Shown: one piece after another, positions 39,188 to 49,214 of the stretch
Numbering within the stretch: position 1 is the stretch's first letter
Layout: each line of letters starts with the position of its first letter
Assembly (NCBI GenBank): GCA_963837465.1
Contig: CAWINB010000004.1
Coordinates: forward strand, 266,853-330,852
Direction of reading: 5' to 3'
DNA: 64,000 bases
From: Candidatus Doudnabacteria bacterium
GTDB taxonomy: Bacteria > Patescibacteriota > Doudnabacteria > UBA920
Notes under the pieces: generated by a model
Seen by the model: the letters and a program-made list of their open reading frames with translations, nothing else
Database searches by the model: none
What the model was told of the DNA's origin: nothing
Translations under genes and position numbers: made by a program

Positions 39188-41563
39188 ATGGAACAATCAG
39201 ATAAAATTTACTGCAGTTTGGATATTGAGACTTCGGGATTTGATCCAAAGACTTGCGAGGTTTTGGAGGTGGGGTTTGTATTTTTTGAAATCGGTGACAG
39301 CGGCGTAAAGATTGTTGAAGAGTGGACCCAGGTTTTTAAGCCAAGCCAGCCGGTGACCGCGCAAATTTTGGGTTTGACGGGCATTAGCCAGAAAGAATTG
39401 GATGAGGCGCCGCCTTTTTCCGGGTTTCGTGAATTTTTGCGGGAAAAATTTGGGAGTGCCGTAATTTTGGGCCATAATGTGGTCTTTGACATAAAGTTTT
39501 TGGAAGGCTTTGGCATAAAATTTTCCGGGGAAATTATAGACACCCTTGACTTGGTACAGTGGATTTTGCCGACGCATCATAGCTACAACCTGGAAAATTT
39601 GATGCATACTTTCGGCATCAGCCACAAAGAAGCCCACAGGGCTTTGGCCGACAGCCGGGCTACGCTCAAGCTTTTGGAAAAACTGCTCCAGATCTACCGC
39701 GGTTTTCCGGAGATGTTGAAGCGGCAAATTCAAAAATTGATTGAGCCTCATAATTTTTCCTGGCAGAGCTTGCTTGCCGTAAGTCTGCCGCCTGTATCGT
39801 TTGAGGAATTTTCAGAAGATGAACCGGTAAAAAAAATAAAAAGTTCAGAAAATACAAAAATCGGTTTTAACTTTGAAGCTAAGGAAATCCTCAACTTTCC
39901 ATTGGGTCAAAATTATGTTGGGTTTTTGGCCCAGGCTTTAAAAAAAATATCAGGCGCCGCCCTGTTGGTTGTCCCCAAGCCGCAGGAAGTTTTAAACCTG
40001 TATCGCCAGGGGTTGGTTGATCATCCCGTGTTTTTGCCGGAGTCCAGTTTTGACGGGGAAAAATTCAGCCGTTTGCTAAAAAAGCCGTCGCTGTCTCCGG
40101 AAGAAGTAAAATTTATCCTGAAGATTCTGGTCTGGAAAAGAACCAACTGGCAGAGCCAAAGCCTGCTGGATCTGAATCTGTCGTTTTTCGGCGGCCAGTT
40201 TAAAAGTTTGATTTCCGGCGGAAAACTTGTTGAACAAAACACCAAAGGACTCTTGGCCTGCGACCAGACAACCTTTTTGGAACTTTCCGCCCGGGGTTTA
40301 TATTCCCAACGCCAGGTGGTGGTCTGCGGGCTGAATGAATTTGAATCTGCCATAACGGCTAATATCGGCACTAAAATCAGCTGGGGTTATATTAATTATC
40401 TTCTCAGGTCTTTTTATAATTTTGAACTTGAACTGGGAGAAGAAAAATATAAAACTCCGGCGCGGGAAGCTTTGGCCGCGGGCGACTTGTTTTTTGGTTT
40501 GGTTAACGCTCTGCTGCAATCCGACCCGCCGGGATTTGTTTATTATAAAATTTCCCGGCAGAGCGAAAGTGAAGACAGTTACCAAAAAATAAAAGGCGCG
40601 GCCGAAAATTACGCCTCCAAGTTGTCCCGCGCGAACGAAATTTTCCAATCGGACCAGGTAGCCGCGTTCTCCGCCAGCTTGCCGGACTTTTTTAAACTTG
40701 AAGCCAACCGAGTTAAATGGATTGAAATTTCCCCAAACCGCTGCGCTTTTTTAAGCCAGCCGCTGGATATAACGGAAATAGTCCAAAAGGTTTTAATGCC
40801 TTTTCCAAATCTTGGTTTCGCCGATTGTTTGGATAGTAAAGTTTTGCCGGAATTTTTTTCCTGGCGGCTTGGGTTGGGGGATTTTAAATTCAGGCAATTT
40901 TTGCCGCAAGCAATTAAGACAGGCGTCAGCCCCAAGTCCGCGCGGGGGGATTTGTTTAACGGTGTAAAAAGCCCGCATGTCGGCAGCGGCAGAAAAATTA
41001 ATTATCATTGTCTGGCCAAGCCTCCCCAGCTTTCCGAACTGGCTGAACTTGCAGACAAAAAGGACGCTTTGCCGGCCGCTATTTTATTTGCCGGCCCGCT
41101 CCAGGTACGGGAATTTTACGACCAAAACTATCAGGCTTTAAAAACCACCGCCACTGTGCTGGCCCAGAATAATTCCGGCGGCAGCAATAAAATTTTCCGC
41201 AACTTTTCCATCCGCCAAAACAGCCTTTTATTATGCACCGACAAATTCGTTTTAAAACATTTGACTTCGGCAAATTCCCTGGCTCCGGTAAGCCATCTTA
41301 AGGTAAAAACCCTGGTCTTGTGTCGTTTGCCGTTTGACCAGTTCACGCACCCTTACCAGGAAGCCCTGGGCCAAACCTTGTCCAATGCTTTTGAAGACTA
41401 CTCGCTGCCAAAAGCTTTGTATAATTTCCACAGCCTGTTAAAGTTTTTTTACACCCCGGAACTTAAGGATATTTACATAATTGACGCGAAACTGGCAAAA
41501 CCTTACGCTAAAATTTTTAAAGATTACTTCCAAACCATCCCTAATGCGGTATTTAAGGAGTAA
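39188..41563 (+). CDS. DnaQ-like (DEDDh) 3'-5' exonuclease domain fused to an uncharacterized C-terminal region of about 600 aa
   Basis: The N-terminal 170 aa carry Exo I SLDIETSG, Exo II HNVVFD and Exo III HRALAD motifs. No Walker A or DEAH motif was seen in the remainder. Confidence 0.6.
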   Translation: MEQSDKIYCSLDIETSGFDPKTCEVLEVGFVFFEIGDSGVKIVEEWTQVFKPSQPVTAQILGLTGISQKELDEAPPFSGFREFLREKFGSAVILGHNVVFDIKFLEGFGIKFSGEIIDTLDLVQWILPTHHSYNLENLMHTFGISHKEAHRALADSRATLKLLEKLLQIYRGFPEMLKRQIQKLIEPHNFSWQSLLAVSLPPVSFEEFSEDEPVKKIKSSENTKIGFNFEAKEILNFPLGQNYVGFLAQALKKISGAALLVVPKPQEVLNLYRQGLVDHPVFLPESSFDGEKFSRLLKKPSLSPEEVKFILKILVWKRTNWQSQSLLDLNLSFFGGQFKSLISGGKLVEQNTKGLLACDQTTFLELSARGLYSQRQVVVCGLNEFESAITANIGTKISWGYINYLLRSFYNFELELGEEKYKTPAREALAAGDLFFGLVNALLQSDPPGFVYYKISRQSESEDSYQKIKGAAENYASKLSRANEIFQSDQVAAFSASLPDFFKLEANRVKWIEISPNRCAFLSQPLDITEIVQKVLMPFPNLGFADCLDSKVLPEFFSWRLGLGDFKFRQFLPQAIKTGVSPKSARGDLFNGVKSPHVGSGRKINYHCLAKPPQLSELAELADKKDALPAAILFAGPLQVREFYDQNYQALKTTATVLAQNNSGGSNKIFRNFSIRQNSLLLCTDKFVLKHLTSANSLAPVSHLKVKTLVLCRLPFDQFTHPYQEALGQTLSNAFEDYSLPKALYNFHSLLKFFYTPELKDIYIIDAKLAKPYAKIFKDYFQTIPNAVFKE

Positions 41564-42039
41564 TCCATAAAGTATCCCGTGACAACATGCAAAACCCTGT
41601 TTTACTAAAGTTTTGATGGCTTTCTTGCTACAAAGGTATAGTCCCCAAGTTATCCACACATTATCCTAAGCCTTAAAAATGTTAATTTAGCATGTTTAGC
41701 GCTAATAAATGCTTTAAATAAGCAGAATTGATACTAAAAAGCCTTCTCTTATTGACAAATCAATATAAGCCTGATATTATAAATGTATAGTTAATTTGTG
41801 GGTAACTTTGGAAACCAAAAGTTCTTTAACAATTTTTACAGTCAATATCAAACTGGACAAAGGAAAATGGCTTTTAAAAGGTTAAAAGCGTTTTTCCTTT
41901 AAACTTCTCGTCAAAGCCTGTCCAATCCAGGCTGTTTGAAAAACAAAAACAAAAATATGCAGGTCAGATGTTCTTACCGAACAACTGGCAAATTATATTC
42001 CAAAATAGGATATAATTATTGTTAAGGTCCATAAAACGA

Positions 42040-42240
42040 CCAGAAGAGAAGTTTGAAGTGCAGTTTGAAATCAGATTGGAATTCAGACGCTCTCCCGTAT
42101 CTTACGATCGGGAAGGCCGGAATTCGACAGAGTGTTGCCTGCTACTCAAGGTTTAGGGTCTAAATAGTTTAGGTCTTAAATCTTGAGTGGCACGTAGCCG
42201 ATCGAAACCCGGTTACAGGCCCCTCCGCAACCTATTTTTT
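42040..42240 (+). ncRNA. Candidate structured RNA of unknown class in a 765-bp gene-free interval
   Basis: Nested complementary segments: gatcgg/ccgatc and actcaag/cttgagt. A GGAAUUCGACAGAG box resembles the tmRNA 5' consensus, but no matching 3' T-arm was found. Confidence 0.2.
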
Positions 42241-42328
42241 TAAATAACGTTGGCCCGATGGGGCCTTTTACTATTGTATAAAAAATTTAAATCATATATA
42301 ATAAATCTATCTTAATTAAGACCATTTT

Positions 42329-42634
42329 ATGCCAACACAACAATTTATAGAACAAATGAAGCAAAAGTTGCTGGATCACCAAAAAAAACTGCTCGGTGAT
42401 TTGGCCCGCCTAAACCCCAATGAACATTTAGGGGAAGATTTGGACTCCAACGCCCAGGAGGTGGAAGACAACGAAGTCAGCCAGGATATAATCGCCCGCG
42501 TAGAGGCGGATTTAGCAAAAATAGAAAAGGCCCTAGCCAAAATTCAGAACGGCACATACGGCACCGACGACGAAGGCAGGGAAATTCCCCAGGACAGGCT
42601 GAATGTTTTGCCGTGGGCTGATAAATCCATATAA
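42329..42634 (+). CDS. DksA/TraR-like protein lacking the Cys4 zinc finger
   Basis: Coiled-coil N-terminus with acidic tip residues, then a C-terminal TYGTDDEGREIPQDRLNVLPWA. No cysteines. Confidence 0.45.
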   Translation: MPTQQFIEQMKQKLLDHQKKLLGDLARLNPNEHLGEDLDSNAQEVEDNEVSQDIIARVEADLAKIEKALAKIQNGTYGTDDEGREIPQDRLNVLPWADKSI

Positions 42635-42657
42635 AATCAAGGTTTAATTTTTACAAA

Positions 42658-43095
42658 ATGCAGGAAGATGCCCCACAAAAAAATGCCGCTGTCTTTTTAA
42701 AGCCCGGCGTTTTTTTTGTATTTTTAATAGTATTGGATCAACTGGCAAAGCATTTTGCCGAACATATATTCTTCAACGACCGTTTCGCTTTTAGCCTGCC
42801 CGTGCCAGAACCGCTGATGTACATTATTTACTTCCTGGTCACGGCCGGAATTATTTATTACATTGCCGGGCATTATAAAAATTTCCCCCCAAGTTCCGCC
42901 GCCGCCTGGGTATTAATTTTAGCCGGCGCCTTATCCAACATCGGGGAAAGGATTCTGCTCGGCAGAGTACGGGATTTTATTTATATCAGCTTTTACCGCT
43001 GGACAGGAGTTTATAATTTGGCGGACGGATATATAATCGTTGGAATAACAATTTTATTAATGGCTCGTAATAATGACAAAAATAATAAAAATTAA
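42658..43095 (+). CDS. lspA: Lipoprotein signal peptidase (signal peptidase II)
   Basis: Four transmembrane helices, NIGERILLGRVRDFIYI and VYNLADGYI, equivalent to the FNxAD box. Confidence 0.7.
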   Translation: MQEDAPQKNAAVFLKPGVFFVFLIVLDQLAKHFAEHIFFNDRFAFSLPVPEPLMYIIYFLVTAGIIYYIAGHYKNFPPSSAAAWVLILAGALSNIGERILLGRVRDFIYISFYRWTGVYNLADGYIIVGITILLMARNNDKNNKN

Positions 43096-43170
43096 AAAAA
43101 TGACAAAAATAGGCTGCGGTTAATATTTGCTCACTTTTGTCATTCTTGTCATTTTTGCTCATTTCTTTTT

Positions 43171-44676
43171 ATGATTTCAAAAGTTTTTAGCGCCGCGGTT
43201 TTAGGCCTGGACGCGGAGTTGATAGAAGTAGAGGCCGACGTGACCAACGGGCTTCCCGCCACGGTTATAGTGGGTCTCCCGGATACCGCCGTGCAGGAAA
43301 GCCGTGAACGTGTTAAGGCCGCGATTAAAAATTCCGGCTGCAGCTATCCGCCCACGCGCGTCAGCGTTAACCTGGCACCGGCCGACGTGCCCAAACTCGG
43401 CACCCATTTTGATTTGCCCATTGCTTTATGCGTGCTTATGGCATCTGAGCAGTTGGACTGTATAAATACCGGCAAGATATTTTTGGGAGAGCTTTCGCTG
43501 GACGGGCAACTGCGTGCCGTGCCCGGAGTTTTGGCCGTTGCGATAACGGCAAAGCGGCTCGGAATTAAGGAACTTTTTGTCCCCAAGTCCAATGCCAAAG
43601 AAGCGGCTTTGGTCGGGGGGATAAAAATTTATCCGGTGGACAACTTAAAGCAGCTGCTCGGGCATTTGATGGGACTTGAACTTTTGCCGATAGAGCCGGA
43701 AGCTCAGCCGCAAAAGATTTTAAAAAATTTTCAGGCGGCGCTGGATATGAAAGATGTCGCCGGACAGGAATTGGCTAAGCGGGCCTTGGAAATAGCGGCT
43801 TCAGGCTCGCATAATATCCTGCTTTCCGGACCCCCGGGGTCGGGAAAGACTTTACTTGCCCGGGCGTTGTCCGGAATTTTGCCGGACCTGTCTTTGGACG
43901 AAGCGTTGGAGCTGACAAAAATTTACAGCATTGGCGGCAAACTCCAGGGGAGTTTTATTTCCAGCCGGCCGGTACGCAGTCCGCACCATACCACTTCCAA
44001 TGTAGCCTTGGTTGGAGGAGGCGCCAATCCCAAACCCGGAGAAATAACTTTAGCCCACCGCGGTGTTTTATTTTTGGACGAATTTCCGGAATTTCCGCGT
44101 AACGTTTTAGAAGCTTTGCGCCAGCCTTTGGAAGACGGGGTGGTCACGGTCTCGCGGGCCAGCGGCACTTTTACTTTTCCGGCCAAATTTACTTTGGTGG
44201 CGGCGCAGAATCCGTGCCCGTGCGGTTATTTGGGAGATGCGGCAAAAAAATGCGTCTGCGGCCCGGGACAGATTTTTAAATACCAGAAAAAAATTTCCGG
44301 CCCCCTGCTGGACAGAATAGATCTTCACGTGGAAGTGCCGCGCCTGCCTTATGAAAAAATGGCGGATGCCACGGCGGCTGAAAAATCTGATGGCATAAAA
44401 AAAAGAGTGGAGCATGCCCGGGAAGTTCAGCGCCTGCGTTTTGGTAAAAGCAAAACCAACAGCGAAATGAATTTAGTGGAAATAAAACAATACTGCAAAC
44501 TGGGAGATGCCGAGCAGGAAATGCTAAAACAAGCCATGAAAACCTACAACTTTTCCGGCCGCTCCCTCCACCGCATCCTAAAAGTCTCCCGCACCATAGC
44601 CGACCTGGCCTCCGCCGAAACCATCACCACCCAACACCTGGCCGAAGCCATAATGTATAGGCCGAAAAGTGAATAA
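43171..44676 (+). CDS. YifB/ComM-family Mg-chelatase-like AAA+ ATPase
   Basis: N-terminal Lon-like domain, Walker A GPPGSGKT, Walker B LFLDEF, and the Cys cluster CPCGYLGDAAKKCVC. Confidence 0.85.
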   Translation: MISKVFSAAVLGLDAELIEVEADVTNGLPATVIVGLPDTAVQESRERVKAAIKNSGCSYPPTRVSVNLAPADVPKLGTHFDLPIALCVLMASEQLDCINTGKIFLGELSLDGQLRAVPGVLAVAITAKRLGIKELFVPKSNAKEAALVGGIKIYPVDNLKQLLGHLMGLELLPIEPEAQPQKILKNFQAALDMKDVAGQELAKRALEIAASGSHNILLSGPPGSGKTLLARALSGILPDLSLDEALELTKIYSIGGKLQGSFISSRPVRSPHHTTSNVALVGGGANPKPGEITLAHRGVLFLDEFPEFPRNVLEALRQPLEDGVVTVSRASGTFTFPAKFTLVAAQNPCPCGYLGDAAKKCVCGPGQIFKYQKKISGPLLDRIDLHVEVPRLPYEKMADATAAEKSDGIKKRVEHAREVQRLRFGKSKTNSEMNLVEIKQYCKLGDAEQEMLKQAMKTYNFSGRSLHRILKVSRTIADLASAETITTQHLAEAIMYRPKSE

Positions 44677-44686
44677 GTATCAATTT

Positions 44687-44718
44687 AAAACAGTCCTTAT
44701 TAATAAGGACTGTTTTAA
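44687..44718 (+). terminator. Rho-independent terminator
   Basis: aaaacagtccttatt/aataaggactgtttt. Confidence 0.7.
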
Positions 44719-44769
44719 ACAATTTCTGCCTGGTTATTTTTACATCCTGCCAAAGGCGAAGTTTTATAT

Positions 44770-45102
44770 ATGAGCACGCTGGGGCTTTCCCAGGAAGTTT
44801 TTAAAAAAACTTTCAGAAAAATGGATATGATTCCACTGTCGGAAAATTACCATATGCGTGAATTGGTGGATGAAAGTCCGGAAGGCAGGGCTTACGCGGA
44901 AAAAGTAAAAAATAATTTCAGGCAGGTAAAGCTGATTCCCAAAACATTTTTGCCCTTTGAAGTGGATATTGGGATTTTTGCCGATAAAGTATTAATAACT
45001 TCTTTAAAAAAAGAATATTTTACTGTCAGTATTGAAAGCGCGGAAATCAGCCGGGCGTTTAGGCAGTTGTTTGAGGCGATGTGGCAACTATCTCTCAATT
45101 AA
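44770..45102 (+). CDS. Hypothetical protein
   Basis: 110-aa ORF. Confidence 0.4.
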   Translation: MSTLGLSQEVFKKTFRKMDMIPLSENYHMRELVDESPEGRAYAEKVKNNFRQVKLIPKTFLPFEVDIGIFADKVLITSLKKEYFTVSIESAEISRAFRQLFEAMWQLSLN

Positions 45103-45125
45103 GTGTCAAGGGTGACCCTTGACAC
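45103..45125. repeat. Palindrome gtgtcaagggtgacccttgacac (copy 1), terminator-like with a T-run
   Basis: Perfect 23-nt palindrome. An identical copy lies at 50730-50752. Confidence 0.65.
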
Positions 45126-45191
45126 TGCTGTTTTGTAAAGCCATATTCCGGTTTGCAGGTAAAAATAATGGTTTTGTAGTATAATATAGTT

Positions 45192-46088
45192 ATGCAAAAA
45201 ATCAAAAAAGCAATTATTCCGGCGGCGGGGTTTGGGACAAGGTTTTTGCCGGCCACCAAGGCTATGCCTAAGGAGATGTTGCCTATTGTAGATAAGCCGA
45301 TTATCCAGTATGTGGTGGAAGACGCGGTGAGCGCGGGGATTGAAGATATAATTATAGTCACCGGCTGGCACAAACGAACCATTGAAGACCATTTTGACTA
45401 TCCTTTTGAATTGGAAAAAAGACTGCTTGAGGCGGGCAAAAACGAACAAGCGGAACAAGTCCGCAAAATCGCGGAAATGGCGAATTTTTATTACGTAAGG
45501 CAAAAAGGGCCGTTGGGCAATGCCACGCCGATTTGGAACGCGCGCAAATTTATCGCAGACGAACCTTTTTTGGTTTTGTGGGGCGATGATTTTATAGACG
45601 CCAACCCCAGCCGTTCCCAACAGCTGGCAGACGCTTACACAAAATTAGGCGGCAGCGCGGTTTTAGGCAGCATTAGAATGGACGGCGAGGAAGACTATAA
45701 GCGCTATGGCTACGCGGCGGGAAAAGAAAAAGAGGCGGGCATTTTAAAAATAGAGCAAATTATTGAAAAACCGGGCGTTGGTATGATAAACTCGGACTAT
45801 GCCGTGGTCTCCGGCGCGGTTTACAGCCCGGAAATATTTGAGGCCATAGAAGAGAGTATGCGCCGCTTGGAAAATAGCAGCATGCCCCATGAACTGGTTT
45901 ACGTGGATGCCATAAATATTTTATTGGAACAAAAAAAAGATTGCTACGCCGTGGAAATTAAAAACGGCAAGTACTATGACACAGGCAACAAGCTGGAGTA
46001 CCTAAAAGCCGTGGTGGAGTTCGGTTTGAAGCATGACGAGCTGAAAGAGGAGTTTGGAGAATATTTGAGGCATTTGAATCAGGAATAA
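45192..46088 (+). CDS. galU: UTP--glucose-1-phosphate uridylyltransferase
   Basis: KAIIPAAGFGTRFLPATKAMPKEMLPIVDKP is the canonical GalU N-terminus. Confidence 0.85.
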   Translation: MQKIKKAIIPAAGFGTRFLPATKAMPKEMLPIVDKPIIQYVVEDAVSAGIEDIIIVTGWHKRTIEDHFDYPFELEKRLLEAGKNEQAEQVRKIAEMANFYYVRQKGPLGNATPIWNARKFIADEPFLVLWGDDFIDANPSRSQQLADAYTKLGGSAVLGSIRMDGEEDYKRYGYAAGKEKEAGILKIEQIIEKPGVGMINSDYAVVSGAVYSPEIFEAIEESMRRLENSSMPHELVYVDAINILLEQKKDCYAVEIKNGKYYDTGNKLEYLKAVVEFGLKHDELKEEFGEYLRHLNQE

Positions 46089-46157
46089 TGAATTATGAGT
46101 TACGGGGAACTTAATGCCCCCTAATTCATAATTCCAAATTTATAATTCGTAAAATAC

Positions 46158-47462
46158 ATGAAACCAAAAATAAAAAATAAATATACAAAAATCGTCGCGG
46201 CGCTAATATCTGTCAGCCTTCTGTCCGCCGGTTGCGGCGGCGGTTCGTCCGGCGCGGGCAGCAGCCGCGTGGTGCTTAATTTTTGGGATCCTTTTGAAAG
46301 CAGCCAGGATTTACAGCCGTTGATTGCCCAGTACGAACAAAAACATCCCAACGTACAGGTTGTTTACACGCAGAAGGATATTACCACTTATCCAGATGAC
46401 CTTATAAACGCGCTGGCTTCCGGCAGCGGACCGGATATTTTTGCCATCAACAACAACTGGCTGCCGCAGTACCTCAACAAAGTTACGCCGGCTCCCAGCA
46501 ACATTATTTCCTATACCGACTACAAGACCGCTTTTGTGGACGCGGCGGTAAACGATTTTACGCTCAACCAGCAGGTTTACGGAGTGCCTTTGTACGTAGA
46601 TTCCCTGGGACTTTATTATAATAAAGATATTTTAGGCAGCGCCGGTATTGCCGTGCCGCCGCAAACCTGGGACCAGCTTTCCGCGGATGCGCAAAAAATC
46701 AAACGCGCCGACAGTACCGGCTACTTTACCTTGAGCGGTTTGGCCGCCGGCACCAACGACAACGTCAACCGCGCCGTGGACATTTTATATTTGTTGATGC
46801 TGCAACAGGGAGCGGTGCCTTATACTGCCGACGGCACCCAGCCGACTTTTGCCAACACCGTACAGCAGAACGGACAGAGCGCCAACCCGGGACTGACTGC
46901 CTTAAATTTTTATACCTCTTTTGCCAATCCTTACAGCCAAAATTATAACTGGAACGCGCGCAGCGATTACTCCATAGATGCGTTCGCCAACGGCCGCGCC
47001 GCCTTTTTGTACAGCTATTCCTATACCGCTGCCACCATCAAACAAAAAAATCCCAACTTAAATTTTGACGTCGCTCCCGTGCCGCAGCCAAATTTAAACC
47101 AGCCGGCGGTTAATTTTGCCAATTACTGGGGCGAGGTGGTAAGCAAGCAGAGCAAAAACAGCGCCTGGGCCTGGGATTTTTTGAATTTTTTGACCAGCAA
47201 AGCCTCTCTGGACAAATATTACGCCAGCGACAAAGAACCTTCTTCCCGCAATGACCTTATAGCTTTGCAGATCCAGGATCCGGACATTGGCGTTTTTGCC
47301 AACGCCAACTTAACGGCCAAGACTTTTTACAAACCAGACCAGGTAAAAATAGACGACATCTTCGGGGAAATGATAGACAACATCATCTTAAAAGGCATGA
47401 CCTCCCAGCAGGCCCTGACCCAGGCGCAGGAGGAGGCGCAGACGGTGAACGCGGGGCAGTAA
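46158..47462 (+). CDS. ABC transporter substrate-binding lipoprotein (family 1 SBP, sugar-type)
   Basis: Lipobox LLSAGC followed by a Gly/Ser linker. The VVLNFWDPFES..YEQKHPNV pattern is typical of a family 1 SBP. Confidence 0.7.
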   Translation: MKPKIKNKYTKIVAALISVSLLSAGCGGGSSGAGSSRVVLNFWDPFESSQDLQPLIAQYEQKHPNVQVVYTQKDITTYPDDLINALASGSGPDIFAINNNWLPQYLNKVTPAPSNIISYTDYKTAFVDAAVNDFTLNQQVYGVPLYVDSLGLYYNKDILGSAGIAVPPQTWDQLSADAQKIKRADSTGYFTLSGLAAGTNDNVNRAVDILYLLMLQQGAVPYTADGTQPTFANTVQQNGQSANPGLTALNFYTSFANPYSQNYNWNARSDYSIDAFANGRAAFLYSYSYTAATIKQKNPNLNFDVAPVPQPNLNQPAVNFANYWGEVVSKQSKNSAWAWDFLNFLTSKASLDKYYASDKEPSSRNDLIALQIQDPDIGVFANANLTAKTFYKPDQVKIDDIFGEMIDNIILKGMTSQQALTQAQEEAQTVNAGQ

Positions 47463-47465
47463 GAA

Positions 47466-47675
47466 AATTATTCTAATTAACCTAATTGTTCTAAGTACTC
47501 TAAATAATGTCCAATGTCGAAAGTCCCAGTGGCCGAAAATTTGATCTTGAATTTAATTTTCAATAAAATATACCAAAAAGTAACTAATAAAGACAGCCAC
47601 GACTAGACATTTGGCATTGGACATTGGTGCTTTTTAGGGCACTTAGAACAATTAGGATAATTAGAAATTTAGCAC
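47466..47675. repeat. Long imperfect inverted repeat (about 26-bp arms, roughly 150-bp spacer) upstream of the secreted-protein array
   Basis: ttctaattaacctaattgttctaagt ... acttagaacaattaggataattagaa, with inner aatgtccaatgtc/gacattggacatt pairs. Confidence 0.5.
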
Positions 47676-47708
47676 AAAAAGGTATATAATGAGGTTGTAT
47701 TTATCCAA

Positions 47709-48173
47709 ATGAAACAAAAATTACTGCTAGTTTTAATTATTTTTGGTTTTATAACCGTACCTCTTTTAGTCTCGGCCCACGGGCTGGTTCCCTGCGGCGG
47801 GATTAACGAGAACCCCTGCACGGTTACGGATATTTTTGTTCTGATTGCCAGGGCCACCAACTGGCTTATTGCCGTGGCCGGGTTGTATGCGGTTTACCAG
47901 ATAATCAATCAGGGTTTTTATCTCATAATTTCCGTGGGCAATGAGGAAGCTATTACGGCAAGAAAAAATGCTTTAACCAATGTTGTTATTGGTTTTGTGC
48001 TTATATTATTTGCCTACATGTTTGTTAATACTGTAGTCAATGTTTTATTGACCAGAAGTTTGACCCCTGCCAATCATCCTGAATGCAAACTGGACTTAAC
48101 CAACCCTTTAAATTACCTGACCATAAACCAGAATCCATGCACCAACCTGCCCGATACGGGATTGCACCAATAA
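47709..48173 (+). CDS. Small secreted protein, paralog 1 of the GNEE..EKGK double-TM (pilin-like) family
   Basis: Signal peptide MKQKLLLVLIIFGF..SAHG, conserved C-terminal module ISVGNEEAITARKNALTNVVIGFVLILFAY, and a Cys-containing tail. Confidence 0.6.
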   Translation: MKQKLLLVLIIFGFITVPLLVSAHGLVPCGGINENPCTVTDIFVLIARATNWLIAVAGLYAVYQIINQGFYLIISVGNEEAITARKNALTNVVIGFVLILFAYMFVNTVVNVLLTRSLTPANHPECKLDLTNPLNYLTINQNPCTNLPDTGLHQ

Positions 48174-48186
48174 AATAAAAAATAAA

Positions 48187-48609
48187 ATGAAACAAAATTT
48201 TAAAAAAATATTTTTGTTTGCCGGAATGGCGGTTTTTAATGTTTTAATTTTAAGCGCGTTGCCTTTTAGCGCGGGCGCGACGTTTAACTGCACGACTTAC
48301 CAAAACCAATTTACCCTAAGCACTACTACCAGTGGCACGGTCGTAAACATCTCAACCGGCTATCCCGTCTACTGCTCGGCCGGCGACTTGGCGGTGCAGG
48401 TTATTAATTACCTTTCGGCTATATCCGGGACGGTGGTAATAATATTTTTAATCATTGGCGGGTTTTTGTATGTAACTTCCGCCGGCAACGAGGAGCAGTC
48501 GGAAAAAGCCAGGAAGATCATAACCAATTCCATTATTGGCCTGGTGGTAATTATTTTGGCCTTTACGATAGTAAAAGTGGTTTCGAGTTTGCTGACGCTT
48601 GGGCATTAA
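48187..48609 (+). CDS. Small secreted protein, paralog 2
   Basis: MKQ signal peptide, C-terminal IIGGFLYVTSAGNEEQSEKARKIITNSIIGLVVIILAFTIV. Confidence 0.6.
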   Translation: MKQNFKKIFLFAGMAVFNVLILSALPFSAGATFNCTTYQNQFTLSTTTSGTVVNISTGYPVYCSAGDLAVQVINYLSAISGTVVIIFLIIGGFLYVTSAGNEEQSEKARKIITNSIIGLVVIILAFTIVKVVSSLLTLGH

Positions 48610-48805
48610 CCCGCAGTACATTCGCGTTGGCATCCCATAAACGGGCCAACTGCGGTTGTTGTTTTTCCATCAAAATTTTCCGATTAACCCGATTCTCAGG
48701 CTGTTCTGATTTTTAAGGCGATATTTTTTGATTCTTATATTTTATGCTATAATTACAGCAACTAAATTTTAGTATCACTACTAAACTTGGAAGGGGGTGA
48801 ACAGA

Positions 48806-49210
48806 TTGAAACAAATAATGCAAAAAATAAATTTTCTTAAAGCGGCGGAAGTTATTTTGGCTGTTTTGCTGGTGTTCGCCCCGTTTTTGGTAACCGCCCA
48901 GTTTAGCCCAAGCAACAACCAGGCTCTTTGCAACGGCACCGGTCTTAATTGTCAGTCTACCAGTGTTAACGGCCTCATCCAAACCGTAATAGACTGGCTT
49001 TTGGGGATAGCTTTTGCTCTTGCCGTGCTGTTTTTGATAATCGGCGGCTTTTGGTACATCACTTCCGCCGGTAACGAAGAAACCGCGGAAAAAGGTAAAA
49101 GTACGGCCATTAACGCTATTATTGGTATTGTAATAATTATTTTGTCTTACGTTATTATTAACGTAATCTCCAACCTTGTCGCCAGCCCCAACTCTACCAC
49201 CGCGCCGTAA
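48806..49210 (+). CDS. Small secreted protein, paralog 3
   Basis: TTG start giving MKQIMQ with the SD ggaagggggtga. C-terminal IIGGFWYITSAGNEETAEKGKSTAINAIIGIVIIILSYVI. Confidence 0.6.
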   Translation: MKQIMQKINFLKAAEVILAVLLVFAPFLVTAQFSPSNNQALCNGTGLNCQSTSVNGLIQTVIDWLLGIAFALAVLFLIIGGFWYITSAGNEETAEKGKSTAINAIIGIVIIILSYVIINVISNLVASPNSTTAP

Positions 49211-49214
49211 AGAT

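Noticed and set aside
42040-42240. Calling the structured segment a bona fide tmRNA (ssrA).
   Set aside because: Only a 5' box resembling GGAUUCGAC was seen. No T-arm or CCA acceptor 3' end lies upstream or downstream within a plausible distance, and the region immediately downstream is a protein-coding gene. Kept only as an unclassified ncRNA candidate.
45099-45620. The 173-aa minus-strand ORF 45099-45620, plus other long antisense ORFs: 6061-6750, 28236-28679, 33578-34024, 36884-37366 and 51652-52140.
   Set aside because: They lie entirely antisense to well-supported genes (galU, the ABC ATPase, the GT28 gene, ftsK, recA, ftsH). They have biased low-complexity translations and are treated as shadow ORFs.
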